Shown here: one piece after another, positions 48,209-62,054 of the stretch
Layout of the letters: every line of letters begins with the position of its first letter
Position numbering within the stretch: the first letter of the stretch is position 1
Assembly: GCA_001643675.2 (NCBI GenBank)
Contig: LSRY02000002.1
Span: 1,178,001 to 1,242,000 of the forward strand
Origin: Monocercomonoides exilis PA203
Lineage: Eukaryota; Protista; Preaxostyla
Reading direction: 5' to 3'
DNA length: 64,000 bases
The notes under the pieces: model-generated
The model's database searches: none
What the model saw: the letters and a program-made list of their open reading frames with translations, nothing else
What the model was told of the DNA's origin: nothing
Translations under genes and position numbers: made by a program

Positions 48209-50463
48209 ATGTCCACATTTAATGGTCTGCTTTGAAACTCTCGAAGCTATATTGGATTAATTGTTATTTTAACTTTTTTATCATTTTGGCATTTTTCCAT
48301 GGAACAATAAATTTATCCAACATATTTTATTAAGTGAACGTAAAATGGCAAAAAGAAACAATAAAAGTGGCAATTGATCTTTCTCAACCTGGAGCGTTAT
48401 TCCGTTCACAGTTGATGTCATTGACAAATGTCCCTGGTGATCGCATGAAGCTTCTTTTTAAAGGAAAGAAGATTGAAGATGATACGGACCTTTCTACTTT
48501 AAATATCCAAGAAAATGCTCCAATTATGATGGTTGGAAGTGCTAGCGCAGTACCGTTGGGTCCAAAACAACCTATAAAATTTATTGAGGATTTGACTGAA
48601 GAAGAGAAACGAAAGGTCGGAGCTGAAATTGTACCTGCAGGAATTGAGAATCTTGGAAACACTTGTTATTTCAATTCAGTAATTCAAGCTTTGCGCTATA
48701 CTCCTGAACTTTATGGCTCACTTAAAAATTTTTCAGAAGATGAAAGTAAAGCTTCAAAGAATGGATTTTCGAAATTGCTTTTTTCAACATTTGATATGCT
48801 CCATAAATCTACAAAAGCAATTGTGCCTGTACAGATTCTTGCTGCTTTCAAAAAGAAATATCCACAATTTGATCAAAAAACAGAGCAAGGTTTTCCACTT
48901 CAACAGGATGCTGAAGAATGCTTTATTGAATTGATGTCTACACTTCGAGATGTTCCTGGTTTGTTGTTAATTTTATATTTCATTAATTTTTTTATGAACA
49001 ACTTTTATTTTCATATTAATGCATATGCACATGAATAATGCATCTGGATTATTTCATTCTTACTGGATTGAATAGCACTTCCTTTAAATGATGCAGATAA
49101 AACATTAGAAACAGCATGGCCTCCGCAAAACATTGTTGAGCAGCTGTTCGATGGCAAGCTCGAAGTTAGATACAAAAATATGGAATTGGATCCAGATGCA
49201 GCATCAGAAGCTAAATCCTCACCAACCGCTTCATCATCATCTTCTTCTTCTTCTTCTTCAACTTCAACTTCTGTTCCGGAAGGACTTCACGAAGAAACCG
49301 TTTCCGTCGAAAACTTCTTCCAGCTGCAGATTCCCATTGACCAAGCGACGATGTACTTGAACGAAGGTGTCCGCAACTCGCTATCAGGCTCGATCATGAA
49401 GCACAGCAATGTGCTGGGCAGAGATGCGATGTTCTCCACAGAGAAGAAGATTTCGATGCTACCTCCGTATCTTGTTCTTCACATATCTCGTTTTGACTGG
49501 AGGAAGAAAGAAACGCTGTCACGTGCTGACGCTCATCGTGTGAAAGTGCTGAAGAAGATGGCTTATGGCATGTACTTGGATATGTACGACTTCTGCACAG
49601 AGTCGCAGAAAAGGCTGCTTTCAACCAGAAGAGACGAGTTAAAAAGAGAGAGAGACGAGCGGATGGAGAAAGCAAAGCAGGATTTGGAGAAGAAGCTGGA
49701 CTTGGAGAATGAAGAAGAAAAGGCTATCTTTAAGAGAGAGAAGGAGTTGGAGAAGGAAAGGCTGAAAGGACGTGGAATTAAAGACAGAGAAGCTCAGTTG
49801 AAGTTGGAGCAAGAGAAGAAAGAGAAAGAGAAGGAAAAGGAAAAGGAAAGAGAGTTGGAAAAAGAGAAAGAGAAAGAGAAAGAGAAAGAAAAGAAGGACT
49901 CAATTGTAATGGACATTGAGCCCAGTGCATCTTCTTCTGCCACTCCTTCGTCATCGTCGACTCCTTCAGCCGAGGCATCTCCAAAAGCCGAAGAAGAAAA
50001 AACTGTCGATCCGTTCTCAACAACCGAGCCGTTTTCGCTGGTTGGGCCGCGGAGACCGACAACTGGGGTGTATGAGCTGTATGCTGTTGTGTGCCACGAA
50101 GGGAAGCATGCAGAAGGAGGGCATTACATGTGCTGGGTGAAGAGGAGGAAAGGTGTGTTGTGCATATTATTATTGCTATTTTTAATAGAAAATTTTAATA
50201 AATTATCTCTTTGTTTTTAATTTGATTCCTTTTTTCTCGTTTTATATTTTTTTTTTTAATTATTTCGATGAAATTCTTCGTTATTTAAATTTTTGATGTT
50301 TTTTACTTGTTTTTTCTAACTTACAGATCTCTGGTATCACTTTAATGACAAGATCGTCTCTCGTGTCACTGACGACGACATCAAAAATCTTGCTGGCGGA
50401 GGGGAGCGCCCAACAAATTATCTGATGTTCTACCGCTCTGTGGATAGAATGGGCGATGATTAA
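48209..50463 (+). CDS. USP14: Ubiquitin C-terminal hydrolase USP14/Ubp6 (UBL + USP)
   Basis: MSTFNV|NVKW UBL domain (intron 48225-48334), Cys box GIENLGNTCYFNS, QQDAEEC, His box HEGKHAEGGHY, and last exon WYHFNDKIVS...LAGGG. Confidence 0.95.
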
Positions 50464-51892
50464 ACATTGCACCATTGCTGTGAGCAAGTGTTTAGCATTC
50501 ATTTCTCGATTCGTTTTTTTATAAAATAATAATAATAATTAAATTGTTCTGTTTGGTTCTTTTTTTCCTTCTCTTTTATTAATTGTTCATCTCATATTGT
50601 TTTGAACAATGCGCATATTTATCTCTTTTAAAAAAAGTAAGACTATGAATGTTTTAAAGTTCAAATTTACAGAAAGACAGCAAAAAAAAAAAAGAAAGAA
50701 AGAAATTTATTTTTTCAGTTTATAAGAAAGCCCAAGATGAACATTGTTAATCTCATCATTAATTTCTATTTTCATTCATCGTTTTCTGCATCTCTTTTTT
50801 CTTTTTTCATTCTTTGTCTTGTTTCTTTGTAATTAGCAGTTTCCTATCTTTCTCACAATCGTGTGTTCAACTTCGATGACTTCTTCTCAATATTCCTTCT
50901 TGCTTCCATTTTTTTTTCTCGCTCACAAACAAATTTGTTATCTCGCAGTTGCTTTCTTATTGATATGACATTTTGATTGCGATTGTTTTTTTTTTTTTTT
51001 CGGTTAGCAAACAATACAACGCTTAGCAAAATGAATTTCATGAATTGCACCAAGTTATTGAATCGTTTAAAGATAATTAAAAACAAATCGTTGTTGCAAG
51101 AAAGGATTAATTGGCACAATTCTATGCTTTTAATTTTGAGTGTTTGGATAAAGAAAAAAGAGTTTTTGTGTTTCAAAGCATCAAACTCTATCCATGTAAT
51201 TTTTTTTTCTTCAACTTTTCATTTTTATTAAACACAGAACAATAATTAATTGTAGATAAATTATTTCTTCAGTTGCCAGTCCTCACAAATTCGGATTCGA
51301 AAATTTCACTTTCATAATTCTTAACTCTTTATTTACCAAAATTTTAACAATAACTTTCAAGAAAGAATAATATTAAATGAAGGAATTTTTCATACAGCGA
51401 AAAGCTGATTTCCATAAAACTTTTTTTGAGAACAACTGTCGAAACAAAATCATAAATATTTTTTCTTCGAATTTTTCGGCTTCAAATAGAGATTATATCA
51501 ATTGTTATTTTAACAAATTAGAAAATAAATGTGCAAAAAGATTAAAAGTCCAGGAGCTTCAGTTGGCGATGTATTCCATTAAAAGATTAAACTTGAATAT
51601 ATCGAGAATTGGTTATGTTTCTCCAAAATAATTCGTTTAAAAAAAAAAGGTGAAGTTAATTTATATCATGAAATTGTCTTTGTAAGTATAATAAGCCCAA
51701 GACAAAAGATGTTTCAAAATTTTGGCTTAAGAAAATAATATCTTGGGATATCTTTGAAGAAAAAAAAATCAATTTCAACATTAAAACTAATTTTCATAAG
51801 CAACATAACTATGCTATCATTGAAGAATTACGAGTATTAGTGTAAATTTTTCGGGTGTATTTGTAAGAAAATTAAGACTGGTAATCCAGATA

Positions 51893-53988
51893 TTATAACA
51901 AAAGATTCTCGTTCCATTTATCAGAAAGCTCATCTTCATTACTTTTTTGATGATATTTACTACTTGAAGACGTGGATTGCAACGGGAATCTGCTTTCATA
52001 ATTTGCATTATCCCATCCACTTTTTCGAGGCCTGCTTTTATGAGAAAGATCGTCTTTACTGTCTCTATCTCTGCTTCGATCCCTTCCTCTGTCATATTCT
52101 CTTGATCTGTGACTATCTCTGTCGTGCCGGCGGTCTCTTTCTTTATGCCAATCTTTTTCATAATCATACGAATCATTACGATGAACTCTCTTTCCTGATC
52201 TAATCTCTCTTTCCCTTTCCCTTTCTCTTTCTCTGTCTCTGTCTCTTTCACTCTCTCTGTCTAAATCTCTTTCCCTGTCCCTACTACGTCCTTCACTGAT
52301 GTCCCTTTCGTTGCTTATTGCTCTGTGCCTTCGACGGTCTCGTTCAAAACTATCAGACTTGTAATCACTGAAGAGTGAAAAAAAAAATTAAGTCAATGAA
52401 CGTGTCATTTGCTTAAAGTCAAAATAAAGTTGAGAGAAATTTCATACATTTTAGATAAAGAATGATGCGGGTTCAAATGTGTTGTGTTTGATTGTTCGTG
52501 AAATGGTTGAGAGGAATGAGCTGAATAGGGATCGGGATATTTCTGATGGTGACGTGGTGAATGATCAGAAATATTGGATGAAGAAGAGCTGGACGGAGGA
52601 AAAGCATCGCTCGAAGGCTGCGGTGGCTGAGTATTCATCGCAGACACCTGAGAAAGTATTCCAGTTGTCGAAGCAGCAATAGCCTGATCAATTACAGGAG
52701 CAAACTGAGGCGATTCTTTTACCACCTCAATCAACATTTGTATCATCAGCCCTTGATCCTTCGGAGCAAGCGTCGGCAGTGTTTGTATCAGCATAGAGAT
52801 GTCGTTCTCGCTAAGTGCCGGAGCGGCTCCAGTAGACTGAGGCGCTGGTGCACTGGGTTGAGATAAAGGCATTTGAGGCTGTATTGAAGAAGCTTGCCCC
52901 ATCTGGTTTAATGGTTGTGATAAATCAGAGATAGCTGGCATTTGCACTTGATTATAAGGTTGAGATGTTCCAAATGGTGGCATGCTTTGATTCAAGCCAA
53001 CTGGATTCTGCTGCCCCATTTGCCCTGCCATAAAGTCTTGCTGAAAAGATGATTGCTCCTGCTTCTTTGCTAATTCTAAAAGAGCAAGAACATCAAGATC
53101 TTCGGGGTTGCTTTGCTCAGGCATTATCTGTGAATTTTGAGAATCAATTGTTTCCGCATTTGATTGTGATGTATTTGCAATTGGCGTTGGTGATGTTGGC
53201 CGTAACTTTTTAATTGTAGGTTTAAAAGGTTTAACAGGTTTATTATCTAAATTCAAATTAATTTATAGAAAAGCTACAATCAAAAAAATAATTTAACCTT
53301 TTGCATTTTCCTGTTCTTGATCTTCAACATCCATTTCAACAATCGATATCAAATCATTTATGCATTCTGAAAAAATACCATGAACTTTCCACATGTTCAC
53401 AAGCTTTTTCATTCCTTTTTGATCTGAATAAAAATTGTGTAAATTTTTAAAAACTTTAAAATGATATTATAAAATGAATTTTCGATACCTTTTGCGGTTG
53501 TTTTCATTGCGGAAGCAACTGTTAATAAAATATTAGGTTTAAAAGCATTCTCGAAAACGGAGCCATCCTGCGTTTCAAATGTATTGAATGTTCCAAACAA
53601 TATCAATAGATATAAGGTATTTGAAAAGCAAATAGTTAAATTCAATTATGAGAGAGTTTTTGTCCAAACTTTTTTTTGACGGCATAGCGCATCAATAACA
53701 TACATCCCAGGAAGTTTCAGAGAAACTTGCTCGGGATTTTGGACAAAAGATTCAAGGATAGTTGCAACTGTCTCGGGTTTCTTTTTATGAAATTAAATGA
53801 AAATTATGAAAGAATTCTAATTTTAACCATTTAAATTAAAAGTAATTTCAAACATCTAGATAATGAGAAGCAGCTCTAATTATGTTTGTAATTCTGTTTG
53901 CAGAAATAGGAAGTTTTCGTGTGTTTTCTACCAGCGCAGATTCGAAATCTGGCTTTAAAAGTGATGAACCCAATGTATTTTCTTCCAT
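51893..53988 (-). CDS. RNA Pol II CTD-interacting-domain protein, SCAF4/8-Nrd1/Seb1-like, with RD/RE/RS-rich tail
   Basis: Short exons give PISANRITNIIRAA, KLPGMYVIDALCRQ and KKLVNMWKVHGIF (compare SCAF8 PISKAKMTQITKAA and KVPGLYVIDSIVRQ). The middle is Q/P-rich and the C-terminus is an Arg-dipeptide region. Confidence 0.75.
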
Positions 53989-54449
53989 TTAAGGGTTCCT
54001 ATGATCTTTGTTGAAAAATGATATCTCAAATTTCAAATTGTACCTGGAGAAAATTACAACACGCACACGTAAAAAGATGTAACTTGTTTAAATTTTTAAC
54101 ATAAAGAATTTGAATATTGAAATATTGTTCTCAATTTTTCAACCATTGTTAAGCATTTCAATTGACTCTTGTTTCTAAAATATTTTTTTTTAAAGTGCAT
54201 TAAAATATTTAAGTGGTTATTTCAAAAATTAAATACTTTCAATAAATATTTTCGGATTTAACGTTGTGTGAAATTTGGGGTTTAAATTATCAATAAAGTG
54301 ATTTCATTAAAATAAGAATAATTTTGTTTTTAATGCATCTTCAACATTTGCTGATTTCAAGCGATTTTTAATTAATTTTTCAACGACAAAAATTATATCA
54401 TCAATGAACACATATATTTTGCATTATCGATACGACAAAAAATGTTAAA

Positions 54450-54468
54450 CTTTCAAAAATTATCACCC
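54450..54468. mobile_element. Solo terminus of the GGGTGA...TCACCC (Sola-like) family
   Basis: TTTCAAAAATTATCACCC is followed by ATAT and matches the TIR of 7499-8134. Confidence 0.45.
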
Positions 54469-54489
54469 ATATTATACCAAAAACAATAA

Positions 54490-55666
54490 CGAATGTTAAA
54501 CATTTAATCATTTGATAGAAGAAAAACAGAATTTGTTGAAGATTTTTTGCGATAATGGAGAAACCATGCAATGGCTTCACGACAATGTGATTAGCACTAT
54601 CAGAAGATGCCCATTTGCAACTTGTCGTTCATTAATGATTTTAATTAGAGGAAGTGAAGGAAAATGATTCTTCAGATGTCGCAAATGTCGATAAGAAGTC
54701 TATTTTAGAACAGGAACTCCGTTCTCTAAATCTATGCTTTCAATTTCAAATCTTATTCTGGTCATTTTCTTCCTTTACCATCATCTCAATATAAAACAAA
54801 CATCACCTCAAACTTCATGCGAAAGACACACTGTTTCTTATTATTTTTGAATTTGTTGGCGAACATGTTCTCAGATGATAGGAGGAATCCAAACTCCCAT
54901 AGGAGATCCTGGCCGCATTGTGGAAATAAACGAAGCTGTTTCGGAGAAGGCGAAAATACAAGAGAGGTTTTTTATTCTTTTTCTATTATAACTTGATTAT
55001 TAATTGGACTTTTTTTTATTAGGACGTGCTAAGAAGCAAATTTGGATTTACGGTGCTCAGGAACGTGGAGGAAAAGCATTTGTTTTCCCTGTGGCAAACA
55101 GATCTGCTTCAGCATTAATTCCGTTAATAAAAAAATATATTCGTCCTGGAACAGAAATTTACTCTGACCAATGGAAACCATATTCTTCTTTGAGTGAGAA
55201 TGGATTCGCACACAAGACTGTCAATCATTCCGAGCATTTTGTTGATTTTTATTATCTCTTTTTATTGTCTTTTTTCATGAAATGTTATTTTTCTCTTATT
55301 CAAATCCAATTTCTGGTGCTTGCACAAATCATAATGAAGCATTGTGGGCTTCCCTTCATGAGTTCCTTCCTTCACATGGAGTGAGACAAAACAGAATGCA
55401 AAAATTTATCTATTCATTTTTGTTTTTCAAAAATCGAAAAGTTGATTTTTTTTATTTTTGTGTCGAATGTGATGAAATACAGTGATGAAGAATACAAAGC
55501 TCTTGAGGATAAAGTTTTTGGTCCAGAAGAAGAGGAAGAAGAAGCTGGAGCTGAAATGCTACACGAAGAAGAATCTTCAGAATCCGATTTTGAACTTGTG
55601 ACAGACACATCATCAGATAGGGCTGGGGATGGAGCTGATGCATCTGAATTGGAGGCTGATAAATAA
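54490..55666 (+). pseudogene. Merlin (IS1595/ISXO2-like) transposase remnant with introns
   Basis: Zn-ribbon CPFATC...CRKC, GDPGRIVEINE (D to N), RRKYKRG|R, WIYGAQERG, NRSASALIPLIKKYIRPGTEIYSDQWKPY, HKTVNHS and GACTNHNEALW. Several stops and a frameshift. Intron at 54967-55022. Confidence 0.9.
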
Positions 55667-56249
55667 ATACAGAACTTTTCACATATCATTTTTCACAAAA
55701 TTAAAAAACAACATGCTCTCTTTAATTATTTCTTTGTATTCAAAAGATTTGTGAGGTGGCTTGTAAGAACCATTTGCCGTTCTGAAGTTCAAATCATTTT
55801 TTTTATCAATCTTTCAAGAAAAAAGCAAAGGAGAATTAAGAGAATTATGAAAATGTAATTCACTTTCAATAATAAAAAAGTTTCTTTGTTTGTCTTTTTC
55901 AAATCATATTCATTTTTAATTTTATTCTTTCTGCCTCCAGTAATAATTCAACAATGCAAATGAAATTTCAGTGAAGATGAATTAATTCATTCAATGAGTT
56001 TAATTGTTTAAAAATTATGAAATGCTTTAAAATTCCTCAAGACAGCATTTAAAATATGTAATTAATAATAAACGAATAAATGCAAAATAAAATAAAATTA
56101 TCCTGTTTTAAAAAAAAAAAGTGTATGCATTTGAAAAAGGATCAAAAAAAAAAATTACAGTTCATAACATTAATTCAAATAAAATTCAATGGAAAGTGTT
56201 GTTTTCCTAAAAAATTGAAACAAAATAATTCGAAAAAAAAATAATTTTT

Positions 56250-57690
56250 TTAGGAAAATATCCATTTGTGATTTCCAGCCACAGTGCATATCACAACAGT
56301 ATTTGCACGAAGTGCTGGATGAAGGGCGTGATAAGCATGCATGAGCATGCGGGCAGCTTCAGGACGCTGCACCCAAATATGCAATATCTGTCTTTCCCAT
56401 TCGTCTCTCTCACAAGCTCCTTTGCTCGATATGCAAACACCAATCATCTTCTTTTGAATCAGCTCAACTGCATCTGATTCACTCCAGTCCGTCTCGCTTG
56501 GAAATCCTTTAATTAAAATTAAAAAAAAAATGCATTCATTCATAAAATATGAAAAAAAAAGGTTCAGAAGTTTGAATATGAATTTTTGATAATAAAATAA
56601 ATTGAATATATCACATTAATAAATTTTTTTGAATCATACCAACAGCTCGAGTTACAGACACTCCAACTCGATGACTACCAATCGAACAAAGATAATCAGT
56701 TTTTTTCCAGTTCTGAATTGTATACGCAATCTCCATCTCTGTTTTCACAAGCTCAGCCGAAAAGAGGCGATGCATCAGCTCATATGACAACGCCTCTGAT
56801 TGTTCGCTGTGACCTCCAGCGTTCGGCTCAGACAACATTTTCATTGCTCCACTAAAAGTCATATTAAAACAACATTAATGATTATCACATGAATTTGAAA
56901 CAAAATAACAATTTTAAACAAAAGAAAATGAATGAAAATAATTGAGATAACAAAATATGGGCAGTGGATAAATAACAAACAGTGAAAATGTAAACTGATG
57001 GAACGGCAGAGAGGCATCAAAGATGGTGAAAAAAAACTGAGATGCTTTTGGATCCTCTAAGCATTTCCGAAAAGATTTGAGATCCTTTCGATTGGCTATT
57101 AACGTGAAATCCCTAGTAAAACATAAAATAAAAGGAAAAACAAGAAAAAATAAAAATTATTCACACGAATTCACAAGAACTGCTCGTGTATTAAAAATTA
57201 CTTGTCCGTGTTCATCTCCTTCTTTCATATCTTCGATGTCGTTCACAGCGCAGGCGTTTTTAGGCGCCTTACAAGCACACACTGGGGGGTCTTCGAGTGT
57301 TCCGTGAGAATGACTGATACATGCCGAAGTTATTTTCGTTGAAGAAATCAACGAAGTTACAATTTTCTCGGTTTGCGACGTAATCGTCCCGCAAGGAAAC
57401 GACGACGACTTGTTGTAAGTCTTGTACAACTCTGTTTTGCTGCTGGTGCTGACTTGATTCTGAACTTGAATCTCGTCCGGAGGAGCAACAATAAGACTCT
57501 CGATCTTCTCTCTTGTGCCACTCCTTAAACGGTTGTAAATGTAGCTTGTGTTCTTCTCCTTTAATGGCAGCTTTTGCTTTACCCCCGCCCAGTTCGATAA
57601 AAACACGACGGCTCATTGGGGTTGTTGGTATAGTCATGGTTGTTGGCATAGTCATTTGCATAGTAGTCATAGTAGTATTCATCATTATAA
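56250..57690 (-). CDS. AAC4-like conserved uncharacterised protein, multi-exon; 5' end uncertain
   Basis: EPNAGGHSEQSEALSYE, LVKTEMEIAY, KKTDY, VGVSVTRA, KKMIGV, WERQILHIW and NTVVICTV match the Dictyostelium AAC4-like family as I recall it. Confidence 0.75.
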
Positions 57691-58882
57691 TTAATAATTA
57701 TTGATAAAGTATTTAAAAAATACAGCTTAAATAATAATCACAATAGATCAATCCCGTATTAAATTCATGAAAACTAACTCTTTATTATCAGATCATCTCT
57801 TCCCAATATAAACATATGAATTGACCATTTCGATTAATGAAAACAACAAAGAATTTGAACAGAATTCATAAGATGTTTAAAATAAATATTGTATATTGAG
57901 TGAAATCAAGTTTTATTGATTTTCATTTGGAAAATTCAATTATACATCGACAACTGGTGAAATGATGACGATTATCTTTTCATTTATGAGATAATTTGCA
58001 TAAGATTTAAACCGGTCAACGTTTATGAAATCAAAAACACATTATTTGATTTAAACTTAAAAAAAATATATATTGCAAATTGCTAAATAAATAGTTTTCA
58101 ATATTTTTTTATTCCACAAAATAAATCGGTTCATAAAAATTTTGTTATGATGTTCCATTCAAAAAAAAATTTTTTTTTTCACTTGTTTATTTATTTTTAT
58201 TTTTATTATGTGTGAAATGAATATCAAAAAAAATCACAAAACTTAAAGAGATTAATTCTTCCTAAATAAAAATATTATTGTGAATACAAATAAAATGTTA
58301 GAAAAAATATTGAATAAAATTAATGATAAGTGCACAAATTTATTAAAAAAAACATTCAAAATCAATCGTTCATTTAAAAAATATCAGAAAAATTTGGTAG
58401 CTTTTCGATAGTTTCATTCATATTGAATCAGGCAAATGCCTCGATATACTCATCACATATTCAAAACATTATCATAAAAATTCATCACTACATTCCACAC
58501 AAACCTATTATTTAACAATTTCGCTTTGAAATATTTATAATCTTAAATAACTCTATTAAATAATGCCAATCCAATTCCAAATCTCGATCATTTCTTCAAA
58601 ATAAAATCAATTTAAATCACTGCAACTTTCACTTCTTTTATATCAATAAGTGATGTTTGCAGAACAAAAAATAAAAATTCGATCATTCCCTATTTTTCGC
58701 TATCATGTCCCATAGACTCAATTGCAAAAATTGGATTTTTGAAGAAAACCAATTTGAATAATACACAAAATTAACATTACATTATGAGGTATTTAATGGT
58801 ATATGAAATGTACTTTTTCGATTTTGACATTTTCGCGAGAAAAAGAAAAGGAAAAAGAAAAAAAAAGGATAAAATAAATTAT

Positions 58883-60529
58883 CTATTTTCTCCATCTAAC
58901 TCGCTTGATTGGAAGAGGCTCTTGAATTCCCATCAGTTCTTGCATTTCTTCCTGTTTCCCATCACACTCATTTGTCTCACCCTCCCCATTTTTCTCTTGC
59001 TCACCAGACAAACAGATTTTCTTTTGAACCACCCCAGTTGCTTCGCCAAAGGCAGTAGGGTTGAAGAAAGAGAAGCGCTGGTCAACAAGACGCGAGCGCG
59101 CCCAGAACTTGAAGTGGTGCGAGGGAAGGAAGGCTCTCAATGCATCGAGCGACAAACGATACTCGGGTGCCTTCTTCACACTGCCTTCTCCTTCTCCTTC
59201 TTGTTGAGCACTAAGGGATTCATTCTGTTTGTTGTATTTGTTCCTCCTCCGATTTCGCTTTCTCTTCGCAGGTTTCACTTCAGCTGCGTCTTTTGTGGTA
59301 ATTTCAGCTCCTTCCTTCGCAGCTTGCTCTGATCCTTGCTCTTTTTCTGCTTTTTCTTCTTTTTCTTCATTTTCTTCTTTTTCTGCCTCGTCTGGTTTTT
59401 CTTTGGAGCTTTCAGCAGAAGCCATGATTGATTCAATGTGTTCCTTGAAGAAAGAAGAAATATGAATAAAGGCATTTAAGATTGCGAATGAATATATATA
59501 TATATGAGTGATATGATATGATAGACATATATGTATATATATATTAACAATGAATCAATTGTTGAAAGAAAGAAAGAAAGAAGAAGAAGAAGAAGAAAAA
59601 GACAATTCATAAGAAAAAACAATCATCAAGAAAAAAAATAAAAATAAAAAAAATAAATTTAAAAATTTACAAACAAACAAATAAATAAAAATAAAATATA
59701 AAAAACAAAAATAAAAATACAAAGAAATCGAAACCGAAAACACACAATTAACTGTTCGTTCTCATTCTGTTTCACCAGAATGTCATTCTTCTTCTTCTGA
59801 TCAGAAATCTGAAGATCAAATGACAAAGCCACTGGAAACGTGTGGCAATCAGAAGGGAAGCAGAACATGGCAGCAGAATAAGACTCAGGGAGGGTGGGGA
59901 AAGGAAGAGAGGAAAGAGAACAGAGGAGCTTGAACTGAGAAGGAGAAGAAAGAGAAAGAGAAAGAGAAGGAGAGGAGGAGGAGGAGGAAGAAGAAGAAGT
60001 TGATTCGCAATCACTGATGACAGGAAGAAGACACACAGAAAGAGGAAGAAGGGCAGAAGGAGAACCTTCTTTGAGATTCTCTTTTTTCTGTCTGAGAGAA
60101 ACAGAAGTGAGGAAAGTGAAGGTGCATCTCAAGTCATTTTCGGTTGGGGTTTCACTGGGTATATTGATATTCATATTGTTCATGTTGACAAAATAAATAA
60201 ATAAATACATAAATAAATAAATAAATAAATAAATAAACGATAAAAGAAAAAGAGAAATAAATATAAAAATGAAATATTACTCATTCACATAAAACACAAA
60301 ATTCGCCTAAAACACAATCACACACCCCTTTTCAGATGAAGCCTCAACAGAAGAAATGGATGGAGACAGTTCAGTTAGAGGGGGTGGTGGTTGTCTAATT
60401 GGAGAAGGGAAGAAGAAAGTGGGAGAGGAGAGAAGAGAAGAAGGTGGAGGAGCGGAAGAAGGCGGAGGGAAGAGAGAAGGAGTGAGGATTGGAGGAAGAC
60501 ACCAGTGGCGGCTGGGGCAGGAAGAAGAA

Positions 60530-60561
<32 letters not shown>

Positions 60562-62054
60562 AGAAGAAAGAGAATGCAAAGCTTCTGTTGTTGCTGAAAG
60601 CAAAGATGTTTTGGATGAAGGTTGGATGGTAAACAGCCCAATCTCAGGAAGTCTGTTGAATATAACAATTAAATAAAATACAGAAAATAAATTGTTTATT
60701 TTATAAAACAAACAAAATAATAAAATCAATTTAAAAGAAAGTTCAACGAAAGAATCACAGTTAATTCATCAGAAACATTCTCTTTTTCAAATATAGTTTC
60801 ATTCACTTAATGACATACCCTTCGCGAATGAGGGCAATTATTGGAGGGATTGAAGAGCTAAGAGGAGGAACAAAAATGCTCATTGACAGCACAGATAGAG
60901 ACATATCCGAAGGAGTAAACTAAATGAAAAAAAAGAAAAATATTAACATTATTCAAAATTAACAAAAAAAAACGTAATTTCAATCATAAACGGTCATTAG
61001 AAATAATCTTTTGATAAAAAAAAAGAAAAAATAAATACAAACCACTTGCTTTTCAAGTTTTATTTTCCTCTGCTTTTGCCTCTTTTGTTGATATTGCTTT
61101 AATTGGAGCATCTCCTTTTCTCGAGCTGACATAACAATTCTTTCTCCTCTCTCTTTCCCATCTTCAGACTTCTTTTCTTCAATCATATCTCCATCTTCTG
61201 CATTTGCTTCATCTTCATCTTTTCCGAGATATGGTGGAAACAGATGACATCCTAATTGCTTTCCAGTTATTGGGTTCCAGACCCTCAGCGATCCATCAAC
61301 AGAAGCAGAAATTATAAGATATGTTGGAAGTTGATCAGCTTCAGATTTAATTGATTCCTTTGATTCTTGCGACTTAGATGATAATAAAAATGATGCGGGA
61401 ATCCAATCAATTGCGCATATTGCTTCAGTATGGCCGAAACAAAATGAAAGAATATTATTTGTGTCTGGATATGATGTTACTCTAATTTTCGCATCTTTAT
61501 CTCCAATTGCGAGATAAGCATTATCTGGAGATATGGACATACACGTTAACGTTGATTTGCTTCCCATTAGATATCGAATTCCCATCGCTAAAGATGTATC
61601 AGAAGTGCTATTTGATATTTCTATATCATCGCCAAAACGAAATTCTTTCATCGAGATTTGAAATATTTCTCCTTGCTTATCAAAGCAGATAATTGAAGAA
61701 GAATCAGCTGTAGAAATAATTCCATATATCTTTTTTGGTGAACTTGTTATGACAACGAAATTTAAAAATTGATTTAAAAAAATAAAAAATTGAATTAAAA
61801 TACCATAGCATCGAATGCTTTTGCTCTTTAATGTCATATGCAACGAGTGATTTTTCTTCTGTTGAATATATAAATCTCGTTTCATTTCGAAGCCAACAGC
61901 AAGCAAGAGATGGCTGAATTGTGCCTTCTTTACATGAAAACACATCAAATACTTGCTTTTGCTGCATTTGCAGTATATAAATTTTTTGTAATGTACATAT
62001 TGCAATATATTTCCCTTCTGGAGAAGGACAAAAACGAATAATTGAATCCAACAT
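58883..62054 (-). CDS. WDR4: tRNA m7G46 methyltransferase non-catalytic subunit WDR4/Trm82, multi-exon; ends approximate
   Basis: LMGSKSTLTCMSISPDNAYLAIGDKDAKIRVTSYP...ILSFCFGHTEAI...IISASVDGSLRVWN. The downstream exons are low-complexity and their linkage is inferred. Confidence 0.8.
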
